Origin: an uncultured Phycisphaerales bacterium
GTDB taxonomy: Bacteria; Planctomycetota; Phycisphaerae; Tepidisphaerales; Tepidisphaeraceae
Reading direction: 5' to 3'
DNA length: 64,000 nt
NCBI GenBank assembly: GCA_963755915.1
Contig: CAVWLP010000002.1
Span: forward strand, 1,696,001-1,760,000
Shown: in pieces, positions 11,064 to 20,757 of the stretch
Position numbering within the stretch: the stretch's first letter is position 1
Layout of the letters: every line of letters begins with the position of its first letter
Position numbers and translations under genes: made by a program
The notes under the pieces: model-generated
What the model was told of the DNA's origin: nothing
The model's database searches: none
Seen by the model: the letters and a program-made list of their open reading frames with translations, nothing else

Positions 11064-11136
11064 GCCACCTTAGCTCAGTTGGTAGAGCAGCAGTTTTGTA
11101 AACTGCGGGTCCCCAGTTCGAATCTGGGAGGTGGCT
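11064..11136 (+). tRNA. tRNA-Thr(TGT)
   Basis: Acceptor GCCACCT/AGGTGGC, D arm TAGCTCAGTTGGTAGAGC, anticodon loop TTTGTAA, T loop GTTCGAATC; CCA not encoded. Confidence 0.95.
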
Positions 11137-11281
11137 TTTGGCTGTACCGATTCCGCCGTGTCGGTTCCCACAAATAATGTGTCGGACCATCCCTTCCCGT
11201 CACGGTAAAAGTGTTACTCACGTTCGAATTTATGGATTCGTATTTCAATGTTCTATGATCTCCTAGCCCACTAACATCCCA

Positions 11282-11632
11282 ATGAGCAAGCCCACGACCT
11301 ACATATCGCTTGGCCTGGCAATCCTTGCTTGGGTAAATTTCATCATCACCCAGTTCCTCTACCGCCCGGCCGACCCCATGCTCTTTATTTTGACTTTGGG
11401 CTGGCCGTGCTATTACGCCGTTCTTTTTGGCATCACGCGTGTTATCGCATGGCAAGCTACGCAGGCAAATTCCCCTGCTTGGTACCCCGCCCCGGTGGAG
11501 CGCGCATTTCCCTGGACCATCCGCCGCCGATTTCACGCCGCGATCGCGCCCGTTGCATTGATTAGCTTTTCTGTGATTGCTTTTTCAATTTCGATCGTTG
11601 CCGTCACCACCACGCTTCTCCATCACCGGTGA
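11282..11632 (+). CDS. Small hypothetical membrane protein
   Basis: 116 aa ORF with about three hydrophobic segments. Confidence 0.5.
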   Translation: MSKPTTYISLGLAILAWVNFIITQFLYRPADPMLFILTLGWPCYYAVLFGITRVIAWQATQANSPAWYPAPVERAFPWTIRRRFHAAIAPVALISFSVIAFSISIVAVTTTLLHHR

Positions 11633-11748
11633 CCGCTCTCCAAAAAAGTTACAAATCGGAGGTGAATTTTACCTTCAAGGTGGCTTGCATACTTGGGCAA
11701 AACGGTCGATGCGCTGGTACAATCGTCTACGCCGGCCGGCAGATTGCG

Positions 11749-12057
11749 ATGAAACTCAAGAACATGGAAATCCCCGCGGATCAAATCGAAGCCTTCTGCC
11801 GCAAGTGGAAGCTGAAGGAGCTTTCGCTCTTTGGTTCGGTGCTTCGGGACGATTTCGGCCCGGAGAGCGATGTAGATGTTCTGGTCAGTTTCGTGCCCGG
11901 CGCCGAAATGACCTTCGAGGGTTTTATCGAAATGCGCGAGGAGCTTTCCGGGCTGTTTGGCGGGCGGCCCGTCGATCTCGTGGAAAAGCGGCTGGTGCGC
12001 AATCCGTTCAGGCGATATGAGATTCTGACCACGCGAGAGGTTGTGTATGCCGCGTGA
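11749..12057 (+). CDS. mntA: Minimal nucleotidyltransferase antitoxin (MNT/MntA family)
   Basis: LSLFGSVLRDDFGPESDVDVLV and LFGGRPVDLVE motifs. Confidence 0.85.
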   Translation: MKLKNMEIPADQIEAFCRKWKLKELSLFGSVLRDDFGPESDVDVLVSFVPGAEMTFEGFIEMREELSGLFGGRPVDLVEKRLVRNPFRRYEILTTREVVYAA

Positions 12058-12102
12058 CCGCAGTGACGCGGCGCTGTTGCTGGACATGTTGAACGCCGCC
12101 GA
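12047..12102 (+). pseudogene. N-terminal remnant of HEPN/DUF86 toxin
   Basis: ATG overlaps the mntA end and reads MPRDRSDAALLLDMLNAA like DUF86 N-termini, then similarity stops; no RxxxxH motif. Confidence 0.55.
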
Positions 12103-12125
12103 AGTGCCATTCCTTGTAATCGAGG

Positions 12126-13190
12126 GTGAAATTGATGATACAAAGGATTCTCGTTCTGTTTGTTGCAGCGGTGAGTCTCGCCGTTTGTGATGGCGCGTTG
12201 TCCCAGACTAGCCCGTCGAATGTCGCCGGGTCCGCTGCCACGACGGCTCCGACGACGCTGCCGTCGGTCATCACCGTGGCTGCGGATGGTTCGGGGATGT
12301 TTAAGACCGTGCAGGCGGCGGTCGATGCGATTCCGGCATATCCGCGTCAGGTCTATGAGATCCACATTCTGCCCGGAACTTATTTCGAGCACATCACGGT
12401 TCCGCGGATCAAGCCGTTCATTCGTTTCCAGGGCGACGACCCGGCGAAAACGATATTGACGTTTAACCTTGGCGCACCGATGCGCGGGCCGGATGGGAAG
12501 CCGATCGGCACATTCGCCACTCCCAGCGTCAGCATTCTTGCCGACGATTTCACGGCGCAAAACATCACGTTTCAGAATACGTTTGGCCCGCATGGACAGG
12601 CATTGGCGATCGAGGTGGCGGGGGACCGCGTGGCGTTCGACAATTGCCGGTTTCTGGGGTGGCAGGACACGATGTTTGCCGACAGCAGCGGGCGGAATTA
12701 TTTCCATAAGTGCTACATCGAAGGGCATGTGGATTTTATTTTTGGGAAGTCGACGGCCGTTTTCGATTCGTGTGAGATTCGCAGCAAGCAGAAGGGATAT
12801 CTGACCGCCGCTTCGACTGAGCAGGGGAAGCTGTATGGGTATGTTTTTCTGCATTGCAAGCTGACGGCCGATCCCGACGTGAAAGCCGGGACGGTTTATC
12901 TTGGCCGGCCGTGGCGGTCGCATGGGGCGACGGCGTTTATCGAATGCCAGATGGGGCCGCAGATCCGGCCCGAGGGATGGTTTAACTGGAAAAATCCGGC
13001 GAATGAAAAGACGGCGCGGTATGCGGAGTTCGGGAACACGGGCCCCGGGGCGGAGACGAGCCAGCGCGTGAATTGGGCGCATCAGCTTAGCGCCCAGGAA
13101 GCCTCGCAATACCTGGTGACGAATATTCTTTGTGGAACGGACGGATGGATTCCGCCGTTTTTCATGGGGGAGACGCCGCCGGGTAAGTAG
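12126..13190 (+). CDS. Pectin methylesterase, CE8
   Basis: Signal peptide; VAADGSG.FKTVQAAVDA, QALA, GWQDT, IEGHVDFIFG, YLGRPW. Confidence 0.92.
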   Translation: MKLMIQRILVLFVAAVSLAVCDGALSQTSPSNVAGSAATTAPTTLPSVITVAADGSGMFKTVQAAVDAIPAYPRQVYEIHILPGTYFEHITVPRIKPFIRFQGDDPAKTILTFNLGAPMRGPDGKPIGTFATPSVSILADDFTAQNITFQNTFGPHGQALAIEVAGDRVAFDNCRFLGWQDTMFADSSGRNYFHKCYIEGHVDFIFGKSTAVFDSCEIRSKQKGYLTAASTEQGKLYGYVFLHCKLTADPDVKAGTVYLGRPWRSHGATAFIECQMGPQIRPEGWFNWKNPANEKTARYAEFGNTGPGAETSQRVNWAHQLSAQEASQYLVTNILCGTDGWIPPFFMGETPPGK

Positions 13191-13202
13191 TGGCGGATCA
13201 AC

Positions 13203-13787
13203 ATGGGTTCGATGGCTGCGATGATTCTGGCCGCGGGCGGCAGCACGCGGATGGGGCGGGCAAAGCAGCTTCTGCGGATTGGGGGGGAATCGCTGGTTCA
13301 TCGAACGGCGCGGGCGGCGGTGGAGGCGGGGTGCGGGCCGATTTTTGTGGTGATGGGGGCGGGCGCGGACGCCATTGCGTCGGAAGTTTCGGATTTGCCG
13401 GTGAAGTGTGCCTTGAATGCGGATTGGGAGAAGGGGATGGGGGGAAGTATTCGGGTGGGGTTGCGAGCGATATTGGCGAATGATCCGAGGGCCGAGGCGG
13501 CGGCGATTTTGCTTTGCGATCAGCCGGGGGTTGAATCGGGGGTTCTTCGCGAATTGTTCGCGGCGTTTTCGGACGGTGGAAAGCCGATGGCGGCGTGTCG
13601 GTATGGGGGGACGCTGGGGCCGCCGTGTTGTTTTGCGGAATCGATGTTTGAAGAGTTGCTGCAACTTGGGGACGGCGAGGGGGCGAAGCGGTTGCTGGTG
13701 AAAGATTCGTCGCGGGTGACGGTGATGGAATGGGCGGGAGGGGAGAGTGATTTGGATACGCCGGGGGATTGGGAGCGGTTTCGATAG
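13203..13787 (+). CDS. MocA/MobA-like NTP transferase (molybdenum cofactor cytidylyltransferase-like)
   Basis: ILAAGGSTRMGRAKQLL, GMGGSIRVG, LCDQP, GDGEGAK, DLDTPGD. Confidence 0.82.
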   Translation: MGSMAAMILAAGGSTRMGRAKQLLRIGGESLVHRTARAAVEAGCGPIFVVMGAGADAIASEVSDLPVKCALNADWEKGMGGSIRVGLRAILANDPRAEAAAILLCDQPGVESGVLRELFAAFSDGGKPMAACRYGGTLGPPCCFAESMFEELLQLGDGEGAKRLLVKDSSRVTVMEWAGGESDLDTPGDWERFR

Positions 13788-13811
13788 GGTTCGACTGGCA
13801 GTCGTGAACGG

Positions 13812-13850
13812 CCCCCTCCCTAACCCTCCTCCGGATTACCGGGGGCGGGG
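13812..13850. repeat. CCCTCACCCC-type palindromic repeat, family B
   Basis: CCCCCTCCCTAACCCTCCTCCGGATTACCGGGGGCGGGG; related to 17691, 20608, 20693, 33740, 41234, 56228, 62643. Confidence 0.65.
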
Positions 13851-13907
13851 AGAAGAGGGATTGGGAGCGGTTTTGCAAAACTTGTCTGCTTCGCGAGAAT
13901 CGGCGCG

Positions 13908-16016
13908 ATGAGGATATTCCTCGCGGTGGTGCTGGGCGCTTTGATTGGCACGAGTTCAATTTCACGTGGTTCGGACACCGATGATTCCCGCATCGAGAAA
14001 CTCATTTCGCAGATGACGCTGGCGGAGAAGATCGCGATGGTGCACGCGGACACGCGATTTTCCGCGGGGGGCGTGCCGCGGCTGGGGATTCCCCGGCTCT
14101 GGATGAGCGATGGACCCAACGGCGTGCGCGAGGATATCCAGGCCAATAGCTGGAATCCGGCCGGGAGCACGCAGGATTATTCAACCTGCCTGCCGCCCGA
14201 GCTTTGCCTCGCGGCGACCTTCGACACCAGCATCGCCAAAGACTACGGCGCTGTCATCGGTCAGGAGGCGAAGGAGCGGGGGAAGAATATCATGCTGGGG
14301 CCGAGCCTCAATATTCAGCGCACGCCGCTTTGCGGGCGGAATTTTGAATACCTGGGTGAAGACCCGTTTCTCACCGGGCAGATGGCCGTTGCCTATATCC
14401 ACGGAGTGCAGGGCGAGGGGATCGCCTCTTGCGCGAAGCATTTTGCGGCGAATAACCAGGAGACGAACCGCGACTCGATCGACGTGGAGATGGACGAGCG
14501 CACGCTGCGGGAGATTTATCTGCCGGCGTTTAAAGCCGCGGTGCAGCAGGGGGGCGTCTGGTGCGTGATGGGGGCGTACAACCAGTTTCGCGGCCAGCAT
14601 TGCTGTCATAACGATTATCTGCTTAATAAAATCCTCAAGGAGGAGTGGGGATTCAAAGGGATGGTGATTACCGACTGGGGCGGCGCCCACGACACCCGGC
14701 AGGCCGCGTTCAATGGGCTGGACCTGGAGATGGGAACCAGGGGAGCGTACGACACCTATTTCATGGCAACCGCGCTGATGCAGATGGTCGAATCGGGGCA
14801 GGTGCCGGTCGCCCTGCTCGATGACAAAGTCCGCCGGCATCTTCGCGTGATGGAAGCGATCGGGCTGCTGGACAACAAATTCGCCGGGGGCTCGCTGAAC
14901 ACGCACGAGCACCAGATGACGGCGCGGCGCGTGGCCGAGGAGGGGATCGTCCTGCTCAAAAACGACGCGAACGTGCTGCCGCTGGATTCGAGCAAAATTC
15001 ATTCGATCGCCGTGATCGGCGAAAACGCGGTTCGGCTGATGGCGCACGCGGGCGGAAGTGCCCAGATCAAATCGCTGTACGAAATCACGCCCCTGGCCGG
15101 GATTATTCAGCGGGCCGGGCCGAATCAGAACGTCACTTTTTCGATGGGGTACTCGCAGAAGGGTGGGAGCGACGACATGGCCGCCCGCGCCGTGCAGGCG
15201 GCGCGACAGGCGGATGTGGCGATTTTCGTCGCGGGGTTGCCGCATACGCGGTTTTATGACAGCGAAGGGACCGACCGGAAGGACCTGAAACTTCCGTTTG
15301 GGCAGGATGAATTGATCGAGAAAGTCGTCGCGGCGAATCCGCGAACGATCGTGGTGCTGATCGACGGCGGGGCAGTGGAGATGCCGTGGGTGGACCAGGT
15401 TCCGGCCATCGTGCAGGCGTGGTATCCGGGAATGGAAGGGGGGAATGCGATCGCGGGGGTTTTGTTTGGCGATGTGAATCCGTCGGGGAGGCTGCCTTGC
15501 ACGTTTCCGAAGAAGCTGGGCGATTCGCCGGCGCATGCGCTCAATGCGTTTCCCGGGGAAAAGGGCGTGGTGCGGTATACCGAGGGGATTTTTGTGGGGT
15601 ATCGCTGGTTTGATGAGAAGAATATCGAGCCGCTGTTTCCGTTTGGGTATGGGTTGTCGTATACGACGTTTGGATATTCGAATTTGAAGCTGACAGGGCA
15701 GGGGGGCTCGAAGGATTCAGTCAGCGTGCAGTGCGATGTCACCAACACCGGCTCGCGTGCGGGGGCGGAAGTGGTGCAGGTTTATGTGGGGCAGGCGCAT
15801 CCGAAGTTGCCTCGTCCGCCGAGGGAATTGAAGGGTTTTGCGCGGATCTATCTGAAGCCCGGGGAGACGGGGAGCGTTTCGATACCGCTGAATTTCAGCT
15901 CATTTGCTTATTACGACTCGGATCAATCGAAATGGGTGGCGGATGAGGACGATTTCAATATCGAAGTGGGGAGCTCGTCGCGGGATATTCGACTCACGGA
16001 TGTCTGGAAGCGCTGA
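13908..16016 (+). CDS. Beta-glucosidase, GH3 with C-terminal Fn3-like domain
   Basis: MSDGPNGVR, GRNFEYLGEDP, KHFAANNQE, VITDWG, PLFPFGYGLSYT. Confidence 0.93.
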   Translation: MRIFLAVVLGALIGTSSISRGSDTDDSRIEKLISQMTLAEKIAMVHADTRFSAGGVPRLGIPRLWMSDGPNGVREDIQANSWNPAGSTQDYSTCLPPELCLAATFDTSIAKDYGAVIGQEAKERGKNIMLGPSLNIQRTPLCGRNFEYLGEDPFLTGQMAVAYIHGVQGEGIASCAKHFAANNQETNRDSIDVEMDERTLREIYLPAFKAAVQQGGVWCVMGAYNQFRGQHCCHNDYLLNKILKEEWGFKGMVITDWGGAHDTRQAAFNGLDLEMGTRGAYDTYFMATALMQMVESGQVPVALLDDKVRRHLRVMEAIGLLDNKFAGGSLNTHEHQMTARRVAEEGIVLLKNDANVLPLDSSKIHSIAVIGENAVRLMAHAGGSAQIKSLYEITPLAGIIQRAGPNQNVTFSMGYSQKGGSDDMAARAVQAARQADVAIFVAGLPHTRFYDSEGTDRKDLKLPFGQDELIEKVVAANPRTIVVLIDGGAVEMPWVDQVPAIVQAWYPGMEGGNAIAGVLFGDVNPSGRLPCTFPKKLGDSPAHALNAFPGEKGVVRYTEGIFVGYRWFDEKNIEPLFPFGYGLSYTTFGYSNLKLTGQGGSKDSVSVQCDVTNTGSRAGAEVVQVYVGQAHPKLPRPPRELKGFARIYLKPGETGSVSIPLNFSSFAYYDSDQSKWVADEDDFNIEVGSSSRDIRLTDVWKR

Positions 16017-16030
16017 GATGAGGGACGGAA

Positions 16031-16065
16031 GACGCGCCCCACAAGTGGGGCGGCTACACGGGGAG
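16031..16065. repeat. REP-like hairpin, family A copy 2
   Basis: GACGCG-CCCCA-CAAG-TGGGG-CGGCTACACGGGGAG between convergent genes. Confidence 0.75.
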
Positions 16066-16067
16066 TT

Positions 16068-16910
16068 TTAGGCCGATAATACGTCGAGGAGTTGCTTGAG
16101 ATCTGTGCGCTGTGGATCGTCGGGATTATCGCGGAGATAGGCGTCGAGCCAGAGGCTTGCCGGACGCGACATTCCGATCCGCGCCAGCACCAGGGCCAGG
16201 TCGCGCTGGAGGTGGCCCTGATCGGGCCAGAGGATCATTTCCATTTCCAGGGTGGCGGCGACGTCGGCGTATTGGCCGTTGGTTCCGAAAATGTGCAGCA
16301 GGTTCTGAAGGATTCGCGTCAGCCAGTGGCGGTGCGAGGCGGGGCGGAGCATGTCGTCCGACCAGTGCATATCCGGGCCAAAGAGTTCCTGGAGCCGCTC
16401 GTTGGCTTCTTCGCGGGTCATGACCCGGCCGGCGGAGAAGGGGTCGACCAAAAGGATCGTCTCCGGACGCTCCTCGACGGCCACCAGGAAATGGCCCGGC
16501 AGGCCCACGCCCCAGCAGCGAAGACCCAGCCGCTCGGCGACGATTTTGTAGATGAGGCTCAGCGTGATGGGCAAGCCGCGCTTGGAGGACAAAACCGCTG
16601 GGAGATAGCTGTTGGCGGGGTTGTAATAATCTTCAGTGTTTCCGGTCAGGCCACCGGTGTCGAAAAGGACGTCGTGGAGATGGGCGAGGATCGCCTGGGG
16701 CTGGTCGCCCCGCACGCGTTTGCGGACGGCGGCGACGTAGCTCTGGATCTGGCGGTCGACGCGGCGGGGGTCGGCCGTCGGCATGAAGTTCATCGCAACG
16801 GCCACGGCGCCGTTGAGGAGGGCATCGCTGGACTGTAGCGACGACACCTGCCGGGCGAGCACTTTAAATGCCTCTGGGGAGCAGCATTGGGGCAGTTGCG
16901 GTTCGGACAT
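16068..16910 (-). CDS. SirB1-like transglutaminase-fold protein with C-terminal TPR
   Basis: GNTEDYYNPANSYL..RGLPITLSLIY..GVGLPGHFLV..DPF..RILQNL. Confidence 0.85.
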   Translation of the reverse strand: MSEPQLPQCCSPEAFKVLARQVSSLQSSDALLNGAVAVAMNFMPTADPRRVDRQIQSYVAAVRKRVRGDQPQAILAHLHDVLFDTGGLTGNTEDYYNPANSYLPAVLSSKRGLPITLSLIYKIVAERLGLRCWGVGLPGHFLVAVEERPETILLVDPFSAGRVMTREEANERLQELFGPDMHWSDDMLRPASHRHWLTRILQNLLHIFGTNGQYADVAATLEMEMILWPDQGHLQRDLALVLARIGMSRPASLWLDAYLRDNPDDPQRTDLKQLLDVLSA

Positions 16911-17083
16911 CACGGCCTCCCGTATTCGACCGAGGCTTATATCGGTCAAAGCTATGTTTCCTCTATGCAGAATATGTGCCACATCGCCTTAGAGTGCGGT
17001 CTGAATGCCGCAGGGCGTCAAGTTGGCGGGCTGGGGCGGTTTTGAGGTATCGTTTGGCTCGACTTGCTGGGAATATGGTGAAA

Positions 17084-17461
17084 ATGGCCCGAAAAGTTAA
17101 TGGATTTCCCCGCCAACACCGCCTGGGCGGGCGGGGCGTCTTCGCGGCGATTTATGCCCGGGGTTCACGGCAATCGGCGGGTCCGCTGCTGGTTTACAGC
17201 GTGCCGAATTCCCAGCCTTTTAACCGCTGGGGACTGAGTGCCGGGCGACGGATTGGTATAGCAGTGCGACGTAATCGTCTTAAGAGACTGATCCGTGAAA
17301 GTATTCGCTTACTTAAATGTGAGGTTGCTGGAGGATACGATGTGGTGATCGTGATCCGTCCCCATGAGCCGCTGACGGTTGGCCAATACAGACTGCGATT
17401 GAAAACGGCCATGACCCACGCGCATGAGCACTGGTCGAAGGTCGGGCCTAAAATCCCCTAG
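17084..17461 (+). CDS. rnpA: Ribonuclease P protein component
   Basis: FPRQHRL, RWGLSAGRRIGIAVRRNRLKRLIRE, YDVVIVIR. Confidence 0.88.
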   Translation: MARKVNGFPRQHRLGGRGVFAAIYARGSRQSAGPLLVYSVPNSQPFNRWGLSAGRRIGIAVRRNRLKRLIRESIRLLKCEVAGGYDVVIVIRPHEPLTVGQYRLRLKTAMTHAHEHWSKVGPKIP

Positions 17462-17466
17462 CAAAA

Positions 17467-17673
17467 ATGCGCTGGCTCCTGGTTCAACTTGTGATTCTCT
17501 ATCGCGGAACGCTGGGGCAGTTTCTCGGCGGGCAGTGCCGGTTTACGCCCTCGTGCAGCCAGTATGCGATTGATGCAATCAACAAATATGGCGCCCTGCG
17601 CGGATCGTGGAAAGCGCTGCGGCGGATGCTGCGGTGCCATCCCTGGGGGGGACGGGGGTATGACCCGGCGTGA
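17467..17673 (+). CDS. yidD: Membrane protein insertion efficiency factor
   Basis: CRFTPSCSQYA..RCHPWGGRGYDP. Confidence 0.93.
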   Translation: MRWLLVQLVILYRGTLGQFLGGQCRFTPSCSQYAIDAINKYGALRGSWKALRRMLRCHPWGGRGYDPA

Positions 17674-17690
17674 CGTAAAAATCCCTCTTT

Positions 17691-17765
17691 CCCCCTCTCC
17701 CGGTACCCCGGGAGATCAGAGGCTGAGCGAAGCGAAGTCCCGACTTGTCGGGAGTCGGGGCGGGC
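17691..17765. repeat. Family B repeat with nested short palindromes
   Basis: CCCCCTCTCCCGGTACCCCGGGAGA interrupted by GAGCGAAGCGA and CCCGACTTGTCGGGA. Confidence 0.5.
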
Positions 17766-17803
17766 CTAAAAAAAATCTGATGCGCCAGCGAGTCTCGAGA
17801 ACA

Positions 17804-18894
17804 TTACTCCGCCAAAAATCTCTGAAGCTTTTTGAACCTCTTGAGCACCCTCGCCCGCAGCGCCGCATGACCCGGTTTGAACTGGTGCCCATGCTCGGCG
17901 AGCCGCACAAATAGCTTCACCATGTTTTGCCAATCGGAGCGGTCGATATATTCGGGGCCGATTTTTTTGCGCTTTACATCCATGTTGTGATAGTTGCCCT
18001 GCGCGACGCAGAGTGAAGCGGCGGTGTACCCATAGACGTCGTAGACGGTTGCCTCGCACACGCCCCCGGGCATAAGGGCGCGCTGGTGGCGGAAGGCGCG
18101 GTCGTTTTTTTTCAATTCGTCGGCCTGCTGCCCGAGAAAATAGGTGAGTGCGGAGTTGAAGATGCTGGCGCGGTCGCCGACGCGGATGATGACGCCGTCT
18201 CCCTGCCGGGCCACCGGCTGCTCGCTGCTGCACTCGATGGCGATGACGCGGTCGGTTCCTCGCAGCAGCGTCCGATGCTCGCACGCGGCAATGCAGCCGA
18301 TGAAACCCTCCTCTTCGGCACGCGTGAGAAGGACGGCGACAGGGGATTTCAGTTTTCGCCCTTTCAGGCGGTCGAGCATCGCCAGGCAGGCGGAGGCGCC
18401 GCCGAGATCGTCGCACCCCCGGCAGAAGAATTTCCCGCCGACGTAGCGGCCGACGCCCTGGTCGAACATTCCGGGAGATCCGGGGGCCACGGGGCGGGAG
18501 ATTCGAACCGTCACCTCGTGCGGGACAGCGCGCTGGTCGTAATCGGCGACGGTGGCCTGGGTGACGACCCCGGCGGCTTCGCCGGCATCGTCGAAAAATC
18601 GCACGCGGGTGCCCTGGACGAAGTCGACCTTCACCCACCCACGGAAGTCGGCCCTGAGCGTCCGATCGTCGAGCATTTTCCGCGCGATAAAGCCGGGATG
18701 ATCCATATGGGCGGTGAAAACCCACCGCGGCAGGCGGGATCGCGATTTCAATTCGATGAGCAGATTCCCAAAGCGATCCTGCCTCATCGCCAGGTATTTC
18801 CGTGCCGCGACGAACCGGCGCCGAAATCGATCACGCGATGTTCGGCAAATGGAGCGGTCGGAACGGAGCAAAGCGTTTTGAGCAGGTCGGACAT
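17804..18894 (-). CDS. M42/M20/M28-like metallopeptidase (frameshift near 18830)
   Basis: N-term LLKTLCSVPTAPFAE; DRFGNL, FTAHMDHPGF, GCDDLGG, RAEEEG, GGVCEA, GNYHN. Confidence 0.78.
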
Positions 18895-19200
18895 TGATGA
18901 GGCTCTATCTTCTTTCAGTCATTGTCCCGGCAAAGGGTCTCGCGGTCGAGATCGGGGTCTTTGGCGATCTGGGACGATCGAGTAGTTCCCACATTTTCCC
19001 AAAATTTCTCACTTTTGGGGTGTGTTACCTTGTCTTGCCCGCGATTCGTTGGGGCGGTGAAGATTGCTGATTGAGGAGGCACAGGGAAAAATAGTGGGCG
19101 TCTATATACAGGTCCAAAAGGTGTACGTTTCGTACCTATTTTCGGGAATCCGGAGATTTTTGGGGTGAGATTGTTGAAGTTCGAAAGAATCTGCAAGTGG

Positions 19201-19240
19201 GGGACGCGCCCCGCAAGCGGGGCCGCTAAACGTGGGGATT
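19201..19240. repeat. REP-like hairpin, family A copy 3
   Basis: GGGACGCG-CCCCG-CAAG-CGGGG-CCGCTAAACG. Confidence 0.65.
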
Positions 19241-19267
19241 GGGGCTGCGTTGATATTCGCAGCACTT

Positions 19268-20461
19268 TCAGGACGCCTGGGCCTGGGCTTCGTCGCCGAT
19301 GGCCAGTTCGCGGAGCTTGGGCAGGAGGGTTTTGAGCGTCTCCGCCTGCGGGGAACTGGGGAAGCGCTGGAGAAGGTCCTGGGCTAGGTCGATGGCTTCG
19401 AAGAATTGGCGGCCGCGGATCAGCTCCTGGATGCGGCGTTCCTGCTCCTGTCGCTCTTCGATTTCCGCGTTTTCGCGGATGGTTTTGAGCTGGCTGCGGA
19501 TGGCGACGCTGCGCTTATGGCCGGGGGCGCATTCGAGAAGCTTGACGGCGTTTTCCATGGCCCGCCGCCAGAGGCGACGATCGATGTCGAGGCGGATCTC
19601 CTCGTAAAGCCGATTGGCGGTGTTTTCGACGTAGTTCTCGCGCTCGGCCATCACCCGCTGGAGCAATTGCCTGCCTTCTGCGTGGTTGGGGTAATTCTCG
19701 ACGAAGCGCGCCGTCTCGCTGTAAGCCTGGTCCCACGCCCAGACCGCCATGAGATTCTCGACGCGCTCCCGCAACTGCTCCATCGCCCCGACCTCGGCTT
19801 CCTTTTTGCCGGCCTCAAGCTGGGCCTTGAGCTGGGGAAGATCGGGATGATTGGGAAATTCGGTTTCCAATGAGACCAGCGCGTTTTCAACTGCGGCCCA
19901 TTCCTTGAGTTCGAGCAGCCGGCGCGTTTCGGTGAGATAGAAATTCTGTTTGTGCTTTTGCGACTCCGCGAAGCGCTGCTGCCGCTGGCTCTCATTCATC
20001 AGCGCCAGCTCGCGGATTTCGTGCAGGAGCGTCATCACCTGGTGAACGGTTTCCGGCATCGTCGCGCCGTGCATGGTGTCGGCCGGCGCCATGTCGGCGA
20101 GATTGGCCGGGCCATGGGCGGCCGCATCGCGCTGGCGATCGAGCAGGTCTTCGATTCCCGATTGCAGCCGCTGCATCGACTGGCGAAGCTCGGCAAGCGA
20201 TTGGTTGGTCTCTTTTGTGGCTTCGTCGGAGGGCCGGGCGGACATCAGCTCGGCAATTCCATACATCAGGACGCCGATGCCGATGAGGCCGAGGACGATC
20301 GCGACGGCTTCCATGAGCGCTGGAAGCCGGGCGGCGAGGGATTCATCGGGCCCGACCGGCATTCTGGCGACGCCATAGGCATCGAGAATCCCCAGGATCA
20401 CCCCGCCGATCAGTGAAAAAATCGCAAGCAACCGGAGAATGCCGGGTAGTTCTGGCTTCAT
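19268..20461 (-). CDS. Hypothetical membrane-anchored coiled-coil/helical-repeat protein
   Basis: Two N-terminal TM helices then helical repeats with FPNHP, YPNHAE, FPSSPQAE turns; upstream TATAAT and AAGGAAG. Confidence 0.7.
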   Translation of the reverse strand: MKPELPGILRLLAIFSLIGGVILGILDAYGVARMPVGPDESLAARLPALMEAVAIVLGLIGIGVLMYGIAELMSARPSDEATKETNQSLAELRQSMQRLQSGIEDLLDRQRDAAAHGPANLADMAPADTMHGATMPETVHQVMTLLHEIRELALMNESQRQQRFAESQKHKQNFYLTETRRLLELKEWAAVENALVSLETEFPNHPDLPQLKAQLEAGKKEAEVGAMEQLRERVENLMAVWAWDQAYSETARFVENYPNHAEGRQLLQRVMAERENYVENTANRLYEEIRLDIDRRLWRRAMENAVKLLECAPGHKRSVAIRSQLKTIRENAEIEERQEQERRIQELIRGRQFFEAIDLAQDLLQRFPSSPQAETLKTLLPKLRELAIGDEAQAQAS

Positions 20462-20607
20462 GGGAACTTCCTTTCGGAAGGGGATTATAGCGGTTGGCGG
20501 GAAATTGTTTCAGGTCTAAATTTTGGCGAAGGGATTTAAGCTTATTTCAAATCGGGTCTACCCCGTATTGCGGGAGTGCACTGATTTTCGGCGCATCAGC
20601 GCCTTTT

Positions 20608-20732
20608 CCCCTCGCCCTGTACTCAGGGAGAGGGCAAGCGGGCGCAAGCCCGCGCGGGTGAGGGCCATGTGTACATCAGATTTCTTCCAAGGCCCTCACC
20701 CCGACCCTCTCCCGGAGTACCGGGCGAGGGGG
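20608..20732. repeat. Inverted pair of family B repeats downstream of dnaB
   Basis: CCCCTCGCCCTGTACTCAGGGAGAGGGC[nested GCGGGCGCAAGCCCGC]..GGGTGAGGGC and CCCTCACCCCGACCCTCTCCCGGAGTACCGGGCGAGGGGG. Confidence 0.75.
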
Positions 20733-20757
20733 TAAGAGGGAACATGCGATCTCCCTG

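Noticed and set aside
11137-12100. Prophage or integrative element at tRNA-Thr
   Set aside because: No integrase, phage genes or duplicated tRNA 3' end found
11781-13664. 627-aa minus-strand ORF and similar long antisense ORFs (14181-15536, 20761-22107, 38168-39466, 61061-62956)
   Set aside because: Shadow frames of well-supported genes in high-GC DNA, with no recognisable motifs
1-16016. Single polysaccharide utilisation locus from heparinase-like, GH36, CE8 and GH3 genes
   Set aside because: Genes are interspersed with unrelated housekeeping genes, on different strands, with no transporter or regulator
18900-19200. Riboswitch or small gene upstream of the peptidase
   Set aside because: No recognisable aptamer or convincing ORF by eye; an Rfam scan would be needed
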